The notes: generated by a model not told the origin, from the sequence alone. A stretch of 64,000 nucleotides of DNA from Spirochaetia bacterium (GCA_963662795.1 OY759746.1:1312001-1376000); one strand, 5' to 3'; shown: positions 38,631 through 48,237, counted from the first letter of the stretch. Translations and numbers: made by a program.

Positions 38631-39719
38631 GTGGAAAAAGAAAAAATAAAAGTACTTGTAGTTGATGATTCTGCTCTTATGCGTTCGCTTATAGGGAAAA
38701 TAATTGACAGCCAGGATGATATGTATGTTGTGGGCAAAGCAATGAACGGCTCTTTTGCTCTGCAGAAAATACCGGTACTGAAGCCTGATATAATAATACT
38801 TGACATAGAAATGCCTGAAATGAACGGTATTGAATTCTTAAGGGAAAAAGATAAAAAACATATTGAAATTCCGGTAGTGGTTCTTTCCTCCATTGCGCAG
38901 AAAGGAGCCAGGGTTACTTTTGAAGCGCTTTCTTCCGGAGCTTCAGACTTTATTACAAAGCCGACAGGGGAAGTATCCCAGAATATCAGTAGTGTCGCGG
39001 CGCAATTATGCTCTCTCATCAGAGCCTATACCGGACATAAACAACCCGTGTCACGGCAGCCGGAAGAAAGACAAAGCGTTCCTGCGGCAATGCCTGTTGA
39101 AATTAAACAAAAAGAAAATTTACTCAGTTACCCCGATACTTCAAAAGGACAGATAGAGATTATTACAATCGGAATCTCAACAGGGGGCCCCAACGCACTC
39201 AGATATTTTTTATCAAAAATAAAAAAAGATTTCAGGATTCCGATTGTAATTGTACAGCACATGCCTGAAGGCTTTACAGCAGAATTTGCCAGGAGTCTCG
39301 GCAGAACTTGTCCACTTGAGGTAAAAGAAGCTGAGGACGGAGATCTCATCCTTCCAGGCAGGGTTCTTATCGCACCCGGGAACCGGCATATCAAGGTAGA
39401 AAAAAAGCGGCTTGGCGCAATAGTAACCCTTAATGAGGACGAGCCTGTTAATGGACACAAACCTTCAGCAGGGGTATTATTCAAATCTGCTGCCGGGAAC
39501 TACGGGAACAGGGTAATGGGGATTATAATGACCGGTATGGGAAAAGACGGAGCAGCTGAAATAGGAGAGATATATAAAGCAGGGGGTTATACAATTGCGC
39601 AGGATGAAGAATCATCAGTAGTGTTCGGCATGCCCCGTGTTGCCATAGAAAACGGATTTATCCGGAAAGTCCTGCCGCTGGAAGAAATGGCAGATTTTAT
39701 AACAAATTTAATTAACTGA
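38631..39719 (+). CDS. cheB: Chemotaxis response regulator methylesterase
   Basis: REC domain plus GISTGGP, VQHMP, TGMGKDG. Confidence 0.97.
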   Translation: MEKEKIKVLVVDDSALMRSLIGKIIDSQDDMYVVGKAMNGSFALQKIPVLKPDIIILDIEMPEMNGIEFLREKDKKHIEIPVVVLSSIAQKGARVTFEALSSGASDFITKPTGEVSQNISSVAAQLCSLIRAYTGHKQPVSRQPEERQSVPAAMPVEIKQKENLLSYPDTSKGQIEIITIGISTGGPNALRYFLSKIKKDFRIPIVIVQHMPEGFTAEFARSLGRTCPLEVKEAEDGDLILPGRVLIAPGNRHIKVEKKRLGAIVTLNEDEPVNGHKPSAGVLFKSAAGNYGNRVMGIIMTGMGKDGAAEIGEIYKAGGYTIAQDEESSVVFGMPRVAIENGFIRKVLPLEEMADFITNLIN

Positions 39720-39733
39720 GTGGAGTAAATAAT

Positions 39734-40534
39734 ATGGGCTGGTATGGAAAACTGATAGGAGGGGCCATAGGATTCACATTCCTCGGCGGACCTTTTGGAG
39801 CAATACTCGGAGCGGCAATAGGCCACAGCTTTGACAGAAGAGCTGACATGCAGGGCCCATCAGGGCGAAGCAGTTACTCAGGTACTCAGAGTTCATGGCA
39901 AAGCAGCAGTACCGGAGGTTTTACAACAGGAGACCAGGCCCAGATGATTTTTTTTGTAGCTGCATTTTCAATGATGGGTAAAATGGCAAATGCCGACGGA
40001 GCAGTAACAGGAGCAGAAATCAAGGCAATAGAGGATTTTATAGACCGAGACCTGCACCTTGGAATTCAGGAAAAACAGTTTGCAATGAGAATTGTAAAAA
40101 CCGCGGCAGAATCATCCGAATCTTTCGAAAAATTCGCTCAGCAGTTTTACGCACAATTTCACAACCAGCCGCAGATGCTCTCCACAATGTTTGATATTCT
40201 TTTAAAAGTTTCCACAGCCGATAATGTGCTAAGCCCTCAGGAGGAAGCTCTTTTGAATTCAGCTGCAAGGATTTTTAATCTGAGCGATACACAGTATGAA
40301 AGACAGAAAACAAAATACTACAGCAACACGGACAAGTACTACTCAGTTCTCGGGTGCGCAAGAACTGATTCAACAGATACAATAAAATCAAGCTATAAAA
40401 AACTGGTCAAGGATTACCATCCTGATGTTATCGCAGCAAAAGGTCTTCCCGAAGAGTTTACCAGATTTGCGACTGAAAAATTCAGGGAAATAAACCAGGC
40501 TTATGAAGAAATCAGAAAAGAAAGAAACTTCTGA
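39734..40534 (+). CDS. djlA: DjlA-like co-chaperone (TerB-like + J domain)
   Basis: WYGKLIGG..G.....GAILG, ADG motifs, C-terminal J domain with HPD. Confidence 0.85.
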   Translation: MGWYGKLIGGAIGFTFLGGPFGAILGAAIGHSFDRRADMQGPSGRSSYSGTQSSWQSSSTGGFTTGDQAQMIFFVAAFSMMGKMANADGAVTGAEIKAIEDFIDRDLHLGIQEKQFAMRIVKTAAESSESFEKFAQQFYAQFHNQPQMLSTMFDILLKVSTADNVLSPQEEALLNSAARIFNLSDTQYERQKTKYYSNTDKYYSVLGCARTDSTDTIKSSYKKLVKDYHPDVIAAKGLPEEFTRFATEKFREINQAYEEIRKERNF

Positions 40535-41105
40535 AATCCGCCTGGCATTTTTCTGCGGCAATCCCGGAAGGGAATACAGCACGACACGGCACAATGCGGG
40601 GTGGATGCTTCTTGATGAACTTTCAAAGAGAGAAAATCTCTCCTGGCAGAGAAAATTCAAGGGAAGCTTTGCACGTTCAGACAATAACAGCGGACTAATA
40701 TATTTAAAACCTGATATATTCATGAATCTGGCAGGAGAATGCCTTTCCCCTGCTGTCTCATTTTTCAAACTTGCTCCTGAAAACATAATTGTATGCCACG
40801 ATGATATTGAACTTGATTATGGAACAATCTCCGCTAAATTCGGTGGCAGCTGCGCGGGACACAACGGGTTAAGATCAATTGAAAAGATGCTCGGCACGAG
40901 GAATTTCCACCGGTTCAGGATAGGGATTTCGCGCCCTTCAAGAGGCGATGTCAGCTCTCATGTTCTGGGAAGGTTTGAGAAGGATGAAGAGATTGTTCTG
41001 CCTCTCTATATGGAACTTGCGGCGGCAAAGTTTGTTGAATTATTCGGAAGAACGGGATTAGAATCTGCAGTTTCAGATGGGAAAAAAATCACTCTGCTTC
41101 CGTAA
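40503..41105 (+). CDS. pth: Peptidyl-tRNA hydrolase
   Basis: GNPG..Y..TRHNAG, FMN, HDDIEL, GHNGLRS, RFRIGI. Confidence 0.95.
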   Translation: MKKSEKKETSEIRLAFFCGNPGREYSTTRHNAGWMLLDELSKRENLSWQRKFKGSFARSDNNSGLIYLKPDIFMNLAGECLSPAVSFFKLAPENIIVCHDDIELDYGTISAKFGGSCAGHNGLRSIEKMLGTRNFHRFRIGISRPSRGDVSSHVLGRFEKDEEIVLPLYMELAAAKFVELFGRTGLESAVSDGKKITLLP

Positions 41106-41168
41106 AGGCCCCGGTCCGGGCCGGTATTTGACCGGCAGTCCAGTGCAGTGAAAATCAGCGTTGAAGAA

Positions 41169-41756
41169 TCAGAGCGGCAGCCTCCCCTGAATAGATCTCA
41201 TCAGGGTCAGCCTGTCTGTATATTCAAGGTCTCCCCCGACAGGAAGCCCTGAAGCAAGTCTGGTAATTTTTATATTTTTTTCTTCAAAAAGCTTCTGTAT
41301 ATAAAGCGCTGTTGTATCTCCCTCTACAGAAGGATTTGTCGCAATAATAATCTCACTGATATTATTCCTGCCGGTCCTTTCCATAAGCTGTTTTATATTG
41401 AGCTGATCCGGTCCTATGCCGTCTATCGGGGAAAGATGTCCCATAAGCACATGATACTGCCCCTTAAATACACCGGTTGATTCAATTACAGAAATATCCT
41501 GGGGCATCTCGACCAGGCAGATTGTGTTTTTCTCTCTCAGGGTATCAGAGCAGATTCCGCACACTTCACTTTCTGTATAGTTTCCGCATATTGAGCAGTT
41601 TCTGACTTTTTCCCTCGCTTCAGAAATGGAATTGGCAAGTGAGACAGAATAATTCTTATCTGCCTTTAACAGATAATAGGCAATTCTTGCAGCGCTTTTT
41701 TTTCCGATTCCGGGAAGTGAGGATAAATTTTTTATCAAGAGTTCAATAGAATTCAA
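41169..41756 (-). CDS. recR: Recombination mediator RecR
   Basis: LPGIGKKSA.R, C4 zinc finger, TOPRIM ATNPSVEGD, GLPVGGDLEY. Confidence 0.97.
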   Translation of the reverse strand: MNSIELLIKNLSSLPGIGKKSAARIAYYLLKADKNYSVSLANSISEAREKVRNCSICGNYTESEVCGICSDTLREKNTICLVEMPQDISVIESTGVFKGQYHVLMGHLSPIDGIGPDQLNIKQLMERTGRNNISEIIIATNPSVEGDTTALYIQKLFEEKNIKITRLASGLPVGGDLEYTDRLTLMRSIQGRLPL

Positions 41757-41776
41757 TACAGCCCCTTATTCAAGGA

Positions 41777-42112
41777 TTAGACCTGGAGTCCGCCGAAAGG
41801 GAACCCGCCGGGAAGACCCATTCCCCCTGTTATGGAAGAAATTTCTTCATTGATTCTTTCTCTCACCCGCTGTACCGCATCATTGAAAGCTGCTTTTACA
41901 AGTTCTTCCGTTATGCCTGTGTCTTCCGGGTCTATTGCTTCTTCAGTTATCCGGATGTCAATAACCTGCATATGGCCGTTCAGTTCAACCTTTACCATGT
42001 CGCCGCCGGCAAAACCTGTTATTCTCATCACGGAAAGTTTTTCCTGGACTTCGTTCATCTTGCCCTGTATACCCTGAAAGTTTTTCATTAATTCCATTGG
42101 ATCAATATTCAT
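41777..42112 (-). CDS. ybaB: YbaB/EbfC nucleoid-associated protein
   Basis: G.AGGDMVKV..NG, AAFNDA; lies between dnaX and recR. Confidence 0.93.
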   Translation of the reverse strand: MNIDPMELMKNFQGIQGKMNEVQEKLSVMRITGFAGGDMVKVELNGHMQVIDIRITEEAIDPEDTGITEELVKAAFNDAVQRVRERINEEISSITGGMGLPGGFPFGGLQV

Positions 42113-43673
42113 CGCTGTTTTCCTTTACATTTCTGGATTCTACAATTTCGCCCTTAAAAATTTTCCTGATAAGATCTATCTGTCCGTTGTTTTCAGAAAC
42201 TTCCTCTGAATCTTCCCTGGAGGCAGGCTGTACATCAATAGTAAAACTGCTGCCCGAGACTTTTTCCAGCTCTTTTTTCACGGCAGATACTTCATTTTTT
42301 ATACAGTCGGCAGAAAATTTATCGGCTATGTATATTTTAACTGTCCTGCCTTTTTTTTCCCACAGCGTTGTCTTTGACAGTGAAGAGGCAAGAAGCATAT
42401 TGCTCTTTTTGAATTTAGCAACAATCGCATCCCGGTAGTCTGTAAGATTCTCTGTTTTTTCTTCGGTCTCTTTAGTTTCCGGACTGCTTCCTCCATTATT
42501 CTCATAATCACCGCTGCTTTTTACCGGAATTTTTTTTATTTCATCCTTGAGCAGCCTGATATTATCAAGAATTTCTTTTTCAGAGAGATATCCTGTCAAA
42601 AAGGAAAGCCTGCTTACAGCAAGCTCAATCTCAAACTGCTGGTTCAGTGAATACCTCAGATTTCTGTAAAGGTCAAGGAGAAGGGAAAGGGCATGCTCGA
42701 TTTTGGGGGAAGAAAATTTTTCAATTACTTTTTCCGAAAATCTTTCGGCAGGAGCACCGAGTATTCCTTCTTTTCTTATACCGTTCTTGATAAGAAGAAT
42801 ATTTCTGAAATATTCGGATAGTTCAATTACAAACTGTTCAGCAGAAATGCCTGTTTTAAGTATCTCCCCGGCAAGACGCAGGGATTCCGAAGAGCTTCCA
42901 TCAGCAAAGCTCATTGCAAGTTCATTGATTTTATCGATACCTACAAGCCCGAGTTTTTCCTTGATTTTTTCTATTGTAATCTTTCCGTCGGAAAATGCCG
43001 CTATCTGGTCATAAAGAGTATATGCATCCCTGAGCGAACCGGTCGCTTCCTTTGCAATCCAGAACAGCGCCTCGTCACCGGCATCAATACCGCTTTCTTT
43101 CGCAGCTTCTGAAAGCTTTTCTTTTATTATTTCAAGATCCACAAGACGGAAATTAAACTGCTGACACCTTGATTTTATTGTTGCCGGTACCTTGTGAATC
43201 TCGGTTGTCGCAAAAATAAAAACAATATAAGGAGGAGGTTCTTCAATAGTTTTAAGCAGGGCGTTAAAAGCGCTGTTTGACAGCATATGGACTTCATCGA
43301 TGATATAAACCTTGTAGCGTGAGCTGTTGGGTGCGAAAAGAACTTCATCCCTGATTTCGCGGACATCGTTTACTGAAGTATTTGACGCTCCGTCGATTTC
43401 TATCACATCCAGGGAATTGCCGCGCGCAATGGAAAGACAGCTCCCGCATTTGCCGCACGGGTTTTCCGAAGGCCATTTTTCACAATTGATTGCTTTTGCA
43501 AGGACACGCGCCGCAGATGTTTTTCCCACACCTCTCGGCCCTGAAAAAAGATAGGAATGAGCTATTTTTCCGTTTACTACCGATTTTCTGAGGCTTGTTG
43601 CTACAAAATCCTGTCCTGAGATTTCGTCGAATGTGGAAGGTCTTTTTCTGGTTGCCGTAACTTCATATGCCAT
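42102..43673 (-). CDS. dnaX: DNA polymerase III subunit gamma/tau
   Basis: GPRGVGKT, zinc motif, EIDGAS, IIDEVHML, SRC, GSLRDA. Confidence 0.97.
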   Translation of the reverse strand: MAYEVTATRKRPSTFDEISGQDFVATSLRKSVVNGKIAHSYLFSGPRGVGKTSAARVLAKAINCEKWPSENPCGKCGSCLSIARGNSLDVIEIDGASNTSVNDVREIRDEVLFAPNSSRYKVYIIDEVHMLSNSAFNALLKTIEEPPPYIVFIFATTEIHKVPATIKSRCQQFNFRLVDLEIIKEKLSEAAKESGIDAGDEALFWIAKEATGSLRDAYTLYDQIAAFSDGKITIEKIKEKLGLVGIDKINELAMSFADGSSSESLRLAGEILKTGISAEQFVIELSEYFRNILLIKNGIRKEGILGAPAERFSEKVIEKFSSPKIEHALSLLLDLYRNLRYSLNQQFEIELAVSRLSFLTGYLSEKEILDNIRLLKDEIKKIPVKSSGDYENNGGSSPETKETEEKTENLTDYRDAIVAKFKKSNMLLASSLSKTTLWEKKGRTVKIYIADKFSADCIKNEVSAVKKELEKVSGSSFTIDVQPASREDSEEVSENNGQIDLIRKIFKGEIVESRNVKENSDEY

Positions 43674-43692
43674 ATTTGATTATTTATTAAAA

Positions 43693-43806
43693 CCTTCAGT
43701 CTGTAAAGCTGTCTGCGGCACACAGCCGGTCACTTACCGCTGCTACCTTCCGGTCCTGACGGGTTTGGGCGACAGACAGTTGCGCAGTGCCTTACAGAAC
43801 TGAAGG
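43693..43806 (-). ncRNA. ffs: Small bacterial SRP RNA (4.5S)
   Basis: Minus strand contains helix-8 signature TCAGGACCGGAAGGTAGCAGC inside a long hairpin closed by CCTTCAGT.CTGTAA/TTACAGACTGAAGG; lies upstream of dnaX. Confidence 0.92.
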
Positions 43807-43810
43807 AATA

Positions 43811-43898
43811 CGGAGAGATAGGGATTCGAACCCTAGGTACCCGGTTAGAGTACATACGCTTTCCAAGCGTACTCCTTCGGCCTCTCGGACATCTCTCC
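43811..43898 (-). tRNA. tRNA-Ser(GGA)
   Basis: Anticodon arm TACGC-TT GGA AA-GCGTA, long variable arm, GGTTCGAATCC. Confidence 0.96.
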
Positions 43899-43915
43899 AG
43901 GTTTGCATCATCTAT

Positions 43916-44003
43916 CGGAGAGAGAGGGATTCGAACCCTCGGAACTGAAAAACAGTTCAACGGATTTCGAGTCCGCCCGATTCAACCACTCTCGCATCTC
44001 TCC
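43916..44003 (-). tRNA. tRNA-Ser(CGA)
   Basis: Anticodon arm GCGGA-CT CGA AA-TCCGT, long variable arm. Confidence 0.96.
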
Positions 44004-44011
44004 TTCCGATT

Positions 44012-44085
44012 CGTACCCAAGAGGATTCGAACCTCCGACCTTTAGATCCGCAATCTAATGCTCTATCCAGCTGAGCTATGGGTAC
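44012..44085 (-). tRNA. tRNA-Arg(GCG)
   Basis: GTACCCATAGCTCAGCTGGATAGAGCA, anticodon arm TTAGA-TT GCG GA-TCTAA, GGTTCGAATCC. Confidence 0.95.
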
Positions 44086-44121
44086 CTGATAACCACATTA
44101 GGAAATCTTACAGAAAAAAAA

Positions 44122-44209
44122 CGGAGAGGGAGGGATTCGAACCCTCGGTACCCTTTAGAGGTACAACTCCTTAGCAGGGAGCCCGATTCGGCCGCTCTCG
44201 CACCTCTCC
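44122..44209 (-). tRNA. tRNA-Ser(GCT)
   Basis: Anticodon arm GCTCC-CT GCT AA-GGAGT, long variable arm. Confidence 0.96.
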
Positions 44210-44229
44210 AGTTTTGTAAAATTATTTTT

Positions 44230-44314
44230 CGGAGAAGGTGGGATTCGAACCCACGGACGCTCGCACGTCAACGGTTTTCAAGACCGCCTCCTTAAACCGC
44301 TCGGACACCTCTCC
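44230..44314 (-). tRNA. tRNA-Ser(TGA)
   Basis: Anticodon arm GCGGT-CT TGA AA-ACCGT, long variable arm. Confidence 0.96.
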
Positions 44315-44333
44315 ATTATCAATTGGTCAATGA

Positions 44334-44362
44334 AATATATCGGAATCTCCTTTATTTGTCAA
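44334..44362 (-). promoter_or_regulatory. Putative sigma70 promoter of the tRNA-ffs-dnaX cluster
   Basis: Minus strand TTGACA-17 nt-TATATT, 20 nt upstream of the first tRNA. Confidence 0.65.
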
Positions 44363-44434
44363 CAAAACCAGTCAGCCGCGGTGTTTATTCATCAGGAGAG
44401 TTTCAGGATTTAAAAACATCAGTCAACAGGTGTA

Positions 44435-47400
44435 TTAAACGATCGTATTCCGGCCTTTTTCCTTTGCCTTGTACAGATTTTTATCTGCTTCTGCAAGAAT
44501 CTGGTTAGGATTATCAGCTTTAAATCCTTTTGTACATGCAATTCCTATACTGACAGTCAGATAGCCGCTTCCCCCTTCGACACCTTTATTGGCTATTTTC
44601 TTTTTTCCAAGCAGAGTTCTTATTTTATTCGCGACATATTTTGCCCCTTCCTTTTCCGTATCAACAAGGAGGAGGGCAAACTCCTCACCTCCATACCGGA
44701 ATACGCTGTCTGTCTTTCTGCTGACTGCGTCAAGTATTACCTCGGCAACCTCTTTAAGACATCTGTCTCCCTCGATATGACCATAGGTATCGTTGAATAT
44801 TTTAAAATAATCGATATCAAGCATAATAATTGCGAAATTAATATTGGTCCTGGTATAAATATCCCACAGATTCTCAATAACTTCATTAAAGTGTTTTCTG
44901 TTATGGACCCCTGTAAGGCTGTCATGGCGGGTCTGTTTATCCAGTTTAAGGTTTACTTCTTCAAGCTCATCCTTTAACCGGCTTACCTCCTCAAGTCTCT
45001 TCTGGGCCTCTTTTCCCCTTATTATCATAATTATTCCATAAAACAGAGTCGAGACAAGGAGGAAATAGAATAAGTATGCCAAAGGAGTATCATAAAAAGG
45101 GGGGATTATATTTATTGAAAGAAAAGCCTCATTGGTACTCCAGTAGCCGCTGCTGTTTGTGCCGGTAACCCTGAATTTATACCTGCCGGGAGGAATTGAA
45201 GTATAACTGGCAAAATTTCTTTCTCCGGAAAATATCCAGCCGCGGTCAAATCCCTCAAGCATATATTTATATTTTCTTCCCGAAGGAAAGGTGTAATCAA
45301 TTGAGGTAAAATCAAAAGAGATATAGTTTTCATCCCATTTAAGACTTATTCCATCTTCGGAAAAAATATTTTTTCCGTAAATTTCAATATACGGCCTGTC
45401 AAATATTTTAAGATCTGTGATAATTATTTCAGGAACAAATGTATTTAAATAATAAAATGATGTGTCAAGCTTGTAGATTTCCCCTGTTGCAGTGACATAG
45501 ATGTTGCCATTGTGATCTGCTGCGACTCCCCCTTTAAAATCAACTCCGCTTAATCCGAACTGATAAGTCAGACTTGTCACTGTGGTAAACTTATTCTCCG
45601 GCTTTCTTTCGATAAGGGATATGCCTTTTAAAGTCACCGCGATTATATTTTCTTTCTGATCCTCAACAATCCCTATCACGGTATTATGCTCAAGGCCGTC
45701 TTTTTTATTAAAATTGTAGAAATTCCCCTGTTCCCTGTTAAAGAGGGAAAGCCCCCCCCCTGTCGTACCGATCCAGATATTCCCTGTCGTATCACAGAAC
45801 AGCACCCTGGCGCTGTCATGGCAGAGTGAGTTGAGGTCAGACACATTGTGGTAATAGTTTTTTATTTCTCCTGTTTCATTATCATAGCGGTTAAGTCCGT
45901 TATTCGTTCCTATCCAGACATCTCCCGATTTATCACTGGCGACAGAATAAATCATATTGTCGGAGATCCTCGTCCCCACCGGTGAATCCACAGTATAGTG
46001 AGCAGTCTCACCTGATCCCATATCCCAGACATAAATGCCGTTATTGTAGGTCCCCAGCCAGAGCCTGCCATCAATATCTTCGGTAACCGCATAGAAAATC
46101 TCATTAGAACGATATGCGGGATCAGGATCTGCTCCTTTAATGAGTTTTGTCACTGTTTCCCCGGTAAAGTAGAAATGTTCGAATATATTTCCCCCGGCAT
46201 CGAATCTGTCCAGTCCCGAATTTGTCAGTATCCATATATTCTTTCTGCTGTCTATAAAAATGGAATTGATTACGTTATCACTGATGGAATTAAAATTATC
46301 AGGATCATTCACAAAATGACTTATCCTTCTGTTTTTTATATCATAGATATATAATCCGGTGTTGTAGGACCCTATCCAGAGATTTTCATCCTGATCTATT
46401 GTAATGAATTTGAATCTGTCATTGCCTATGCTTCCGGGATTTCCGGTAAAATACAGGAACCTGTTATCGTTTTGCAGCAGATTTAGTTTGTTCACACCGC
46501 CGCCGTTTGTTCCAATCCATATAAGACCGGATTTATCTTCAAAAAAGGAATAAACAATATCATTGCTAAGTGAATATTTATTTTCATTGCTGAAAACAAA
46601 ATTTGACGGACTGTTTTCCTTAATATCATCAAGACTGTCAAAATAGAACAGCCCTCCGCCCCATGACCCTGCCCAGATATGATTTTTACTGTCTTTATTA
46701 ATATTATAGATCCTGTTGTCACTAAGCAGGCGGCTGTAATATTCTCCGGTTTCGGTATTAAATACAACAACTCCCCGGCCCCAGGTTCCGACAACAATAG
46801 TCCCGGGCGTAATCTCAGCAATAGACATTGCGGCAAAACCCTCACTTTTGGCTTTGCCCCGGGTATTTTCTCCAAGAAAATTATCAAATTTATTTCTGTT
46901 ATATCTTGAAATGCCGTTATAGGTGGCAATCCACACCCTCCCGTCCGAATCACAGAGGATATCGCGGACCGATTTGTGAGGCAGTGATTCAGGGTTTCCC
47001 TCGTCATGATTATATAGATCAGACTCGCCTGATTTCCAGTTTATCCTTATAAGCCCGTCAAGTGTCCCTATCCAGTAGTTCCCGGCCATGTCTTTTTCTA
47101 TGGCAGTAATTACGCCAAGTGATATTTTTTCAAGGGCCGCGGGATTATCATTAAGGACCGGGTAGCTTAACCGTTCAGTAACAGGATCGAGGATGCATAC
47201 ACCCCTGTATGTGCCGAGCCATATAAGATCTTCAGTTTCATCATAGTATATAGTCTGAATCAGGTTGTGCGGCAGAGATTCAGGGTTAAACGGCTCATGC
47301 TCAAAAAGGCGGAATGTTTTACCGTCATACCGGTTAAAGCCATCCTGGGTAGCAAACCAGATGAAACCCCTTTTATCCTGAATAACTCCTGAGACGCTGT

Positions 47401-47542
47401 TTCCCGCAAGGCCGTCGCGGCTGTCAATCCTGTCAAACCTGAAATCAAGAGAATGAATATCAGAGGCAGCAAATATTAATATTAATAAAAATAAGACGCT
47501 ATATTTATTTTTTTGTGTCATATCTGTTTTTAAAAGAGGCAA
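44435..47542 (-). CDS. Membrane diguanylate cyclase with periplasmic two-component-regulator beta-propellers and Y_Y_Y domain
   Basis: Repeated D..G.IWIGT..GL blades, YKYMLEGFD..W...Y..IPPG.Y.F.V, one TM, DIDYFK, RKTD I-site, GGEEF; probable start ATG 47521. Confidence 0.92.
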   Translation of the reverse strand: MPLLKTDMTQKNKYSVLFLLILIFAASDIHSLDFRFDRIDSRDGLAGNSVSGVIQDKRGFIWFATQDGFNRYDGKTFRLFEHEPFNPESLPHNLIQTIYYDETEDLIWLGTYRGVCILDPVTERLSYPVLNDNPAALEKISLGVITAIEKDMAGNYWIGTLDGLIRINWKSGESDLYNHDEGNPESLPHKSVRDILCDSDGRVWIATYNGISRYNRNKFDNFLGENTRGKAKSEGFAAMSIAEITPGTIVVGTWGRGVVVFNTETGEYYSRLLSDNRIYNINKDSKNHIWAGSWGGGLFYFDSLDDIKENSPSNFVFSNENKYSLSNDIVYSFFEDKSGLIWIGTNGGGVNKLNLLQNDNRFLYFTGNPGSIGNDRFKFITIDQDENLWIGSYNTGLYIYDIKNRRISHFVNDPDNFNSISDNVINSIFIDSRKNIWILTNSGLDRFDAGGNIFEHFYFTGETVTKLIKGADPDPAYRSNEIFYAVTEDIDGRLWLGTYNNGIYVWDMGSGETAHYTVDSPVGTRISDNMIYSVASDKSGDVWIGTNNGLNRYDNETGEIKNYYHNVSDLNSLCHDSARVLFCDTTGNIWIGTTGGGLSLFNREQGNFYNFNKKDGLEHNTVIGIVEDQKENIIAVTLKGISLIERKPENKFTTVTSLTYQFGLSGVDFKGGVAADHNGNIYVTATGEIYKLDTSFYYLNTFVPEIIITDLKIFDRPYIEIYGKNIFSEDGISLKWDENYISFDFTSIDYTFPSGRKYKYMLEGFDRGWIFSGERNFASYTSIPPGRYKFRVTGTNSSGYWSTNEAFLSINIIPPFYDTPLAYLFYFLLVSTLFYGIIMIIRGKEAQKRLEEVSRLKDELEEVNLKLDKQTRHDSLTGVHNRKHFNEVIENLWDIYTRTNINFAIIMLDIDYFKIFNDTYGHIEGDRCLKEVAEVILDAVSRKTDSVFRYGGEEFALLLVDTEKEGAKYVANKIRTLLGKKKIANKGVEGGSGYLTVSIGIACTKGFKADNPNQILAEADKNLYKAKEKGRNTIV

Positions 47543-47559
47543 AACCCGGGAGACCGGTC

Positions 47560-48156
47560 TTATAGCTTGATTTCTTTTCTGAGAAGATAATCACTGAAAC
47601 CGCATCTGTTAAGAAGTTTCTGAAATTTTTCAATATCATCCTTCTCAATACCTGAAAGAACAACCCTGTAAATGCCGGACTCTGTTTTCTCAACTTCCGG
47701 CTGCATCCCTTCTTTTTCAAGGCGGAGAACAGTTTTTTCAACATTGCTGATATTACTATATGCAGCAATTTGTATTTTGTAAACATAATCGGCTGATTTC
47801 TCTCCGTTGCCCTCAACAATCTCAATGCTTACCCTTGCCACACCCGATTCAATCATCCCGATATCCCTGGCTGCCGCAAAAGAAAGATCGATTATCCTGT
47901 TTTCAACAAAAGGTCCGCGGTCGTTTACCCGGACAATTGTAGATTTCCCGTTATCAAGATTTGTAACCCTGAGGACTGTATCGAAGGGAAGTGTTTTATG
48001 GGCCGCCGTATATTTGTATGTATCAAATGTTTCTCCGTTTGCAGTTTTCCTGCCGTGAAATTTTCCACCGTACCAGGAAGCATAACCGGGCTGTCCCGCA
48101 GACAAGGTGATTGAAACCAGAATAAACAGCATTAATGAAAGAAATGTCTTTTTCAT
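47560..48156 (-). CDS. rlpA: Septal ring lytic transglycosylase RlpA with SPOR domain
   Basis: ASWYG, TANGE, TAAHKTLP, VNDRGPF, IIDLS; C-terminal IQIAAY SPOR domain. Confidence 0.95.
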   Translation of the reverse strand: MKKTFLSLMLFILVSITLSAGQPGYASWYGGKFHGRKTANGETFDTYKYTAAHKTLPFDTVLRVTNLDNGKSTIVRVNDRGPFVENRIIDLSFAAARDIGMIESGVARVSIEIVEGNGEKSADYVYKIQIAAYSNISNVEKTVLRLEKEGMQPEVEKTESGIYRVVLSGIEKDDIEKFQKLLNRCGFSDYLLRKEIKL

Positions 48157-48237
48157 CCCATTTATTATCGGCGGCTGCCCTAATCTTTTAAATGATTATT
48201 GAATAAGGAGATAATTTCCCTGTATACTCACTTTATC

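Noticed and set aside
43730-43960. 76-aa ORF in the ORF track, and the similar 9318-9503 ORF
   Set aside because: They overlap tRNA and SRP RNA genes and are shadow ORFs
43811-44314. Repeated GGAGAG...GGATTCGAACCC units resembling a CRISPR or repeat array
   Set aside because: These are acceptor and T arms of tandem tRNA genes; no cas genes or constant repeat-spacer period
45752-45760. G9 tract in the diguanylate cyclase (also G8 at 14877-14884 in the pseudo-regulator) as phase-variation sites
   Set aside because: Both are in frame and encode Gly runs. An equal G9 tract occurs in the housekeeping pyrH (7722-7730), so such runs appear tolerated genome-wide. Read-level length variation would be needed.
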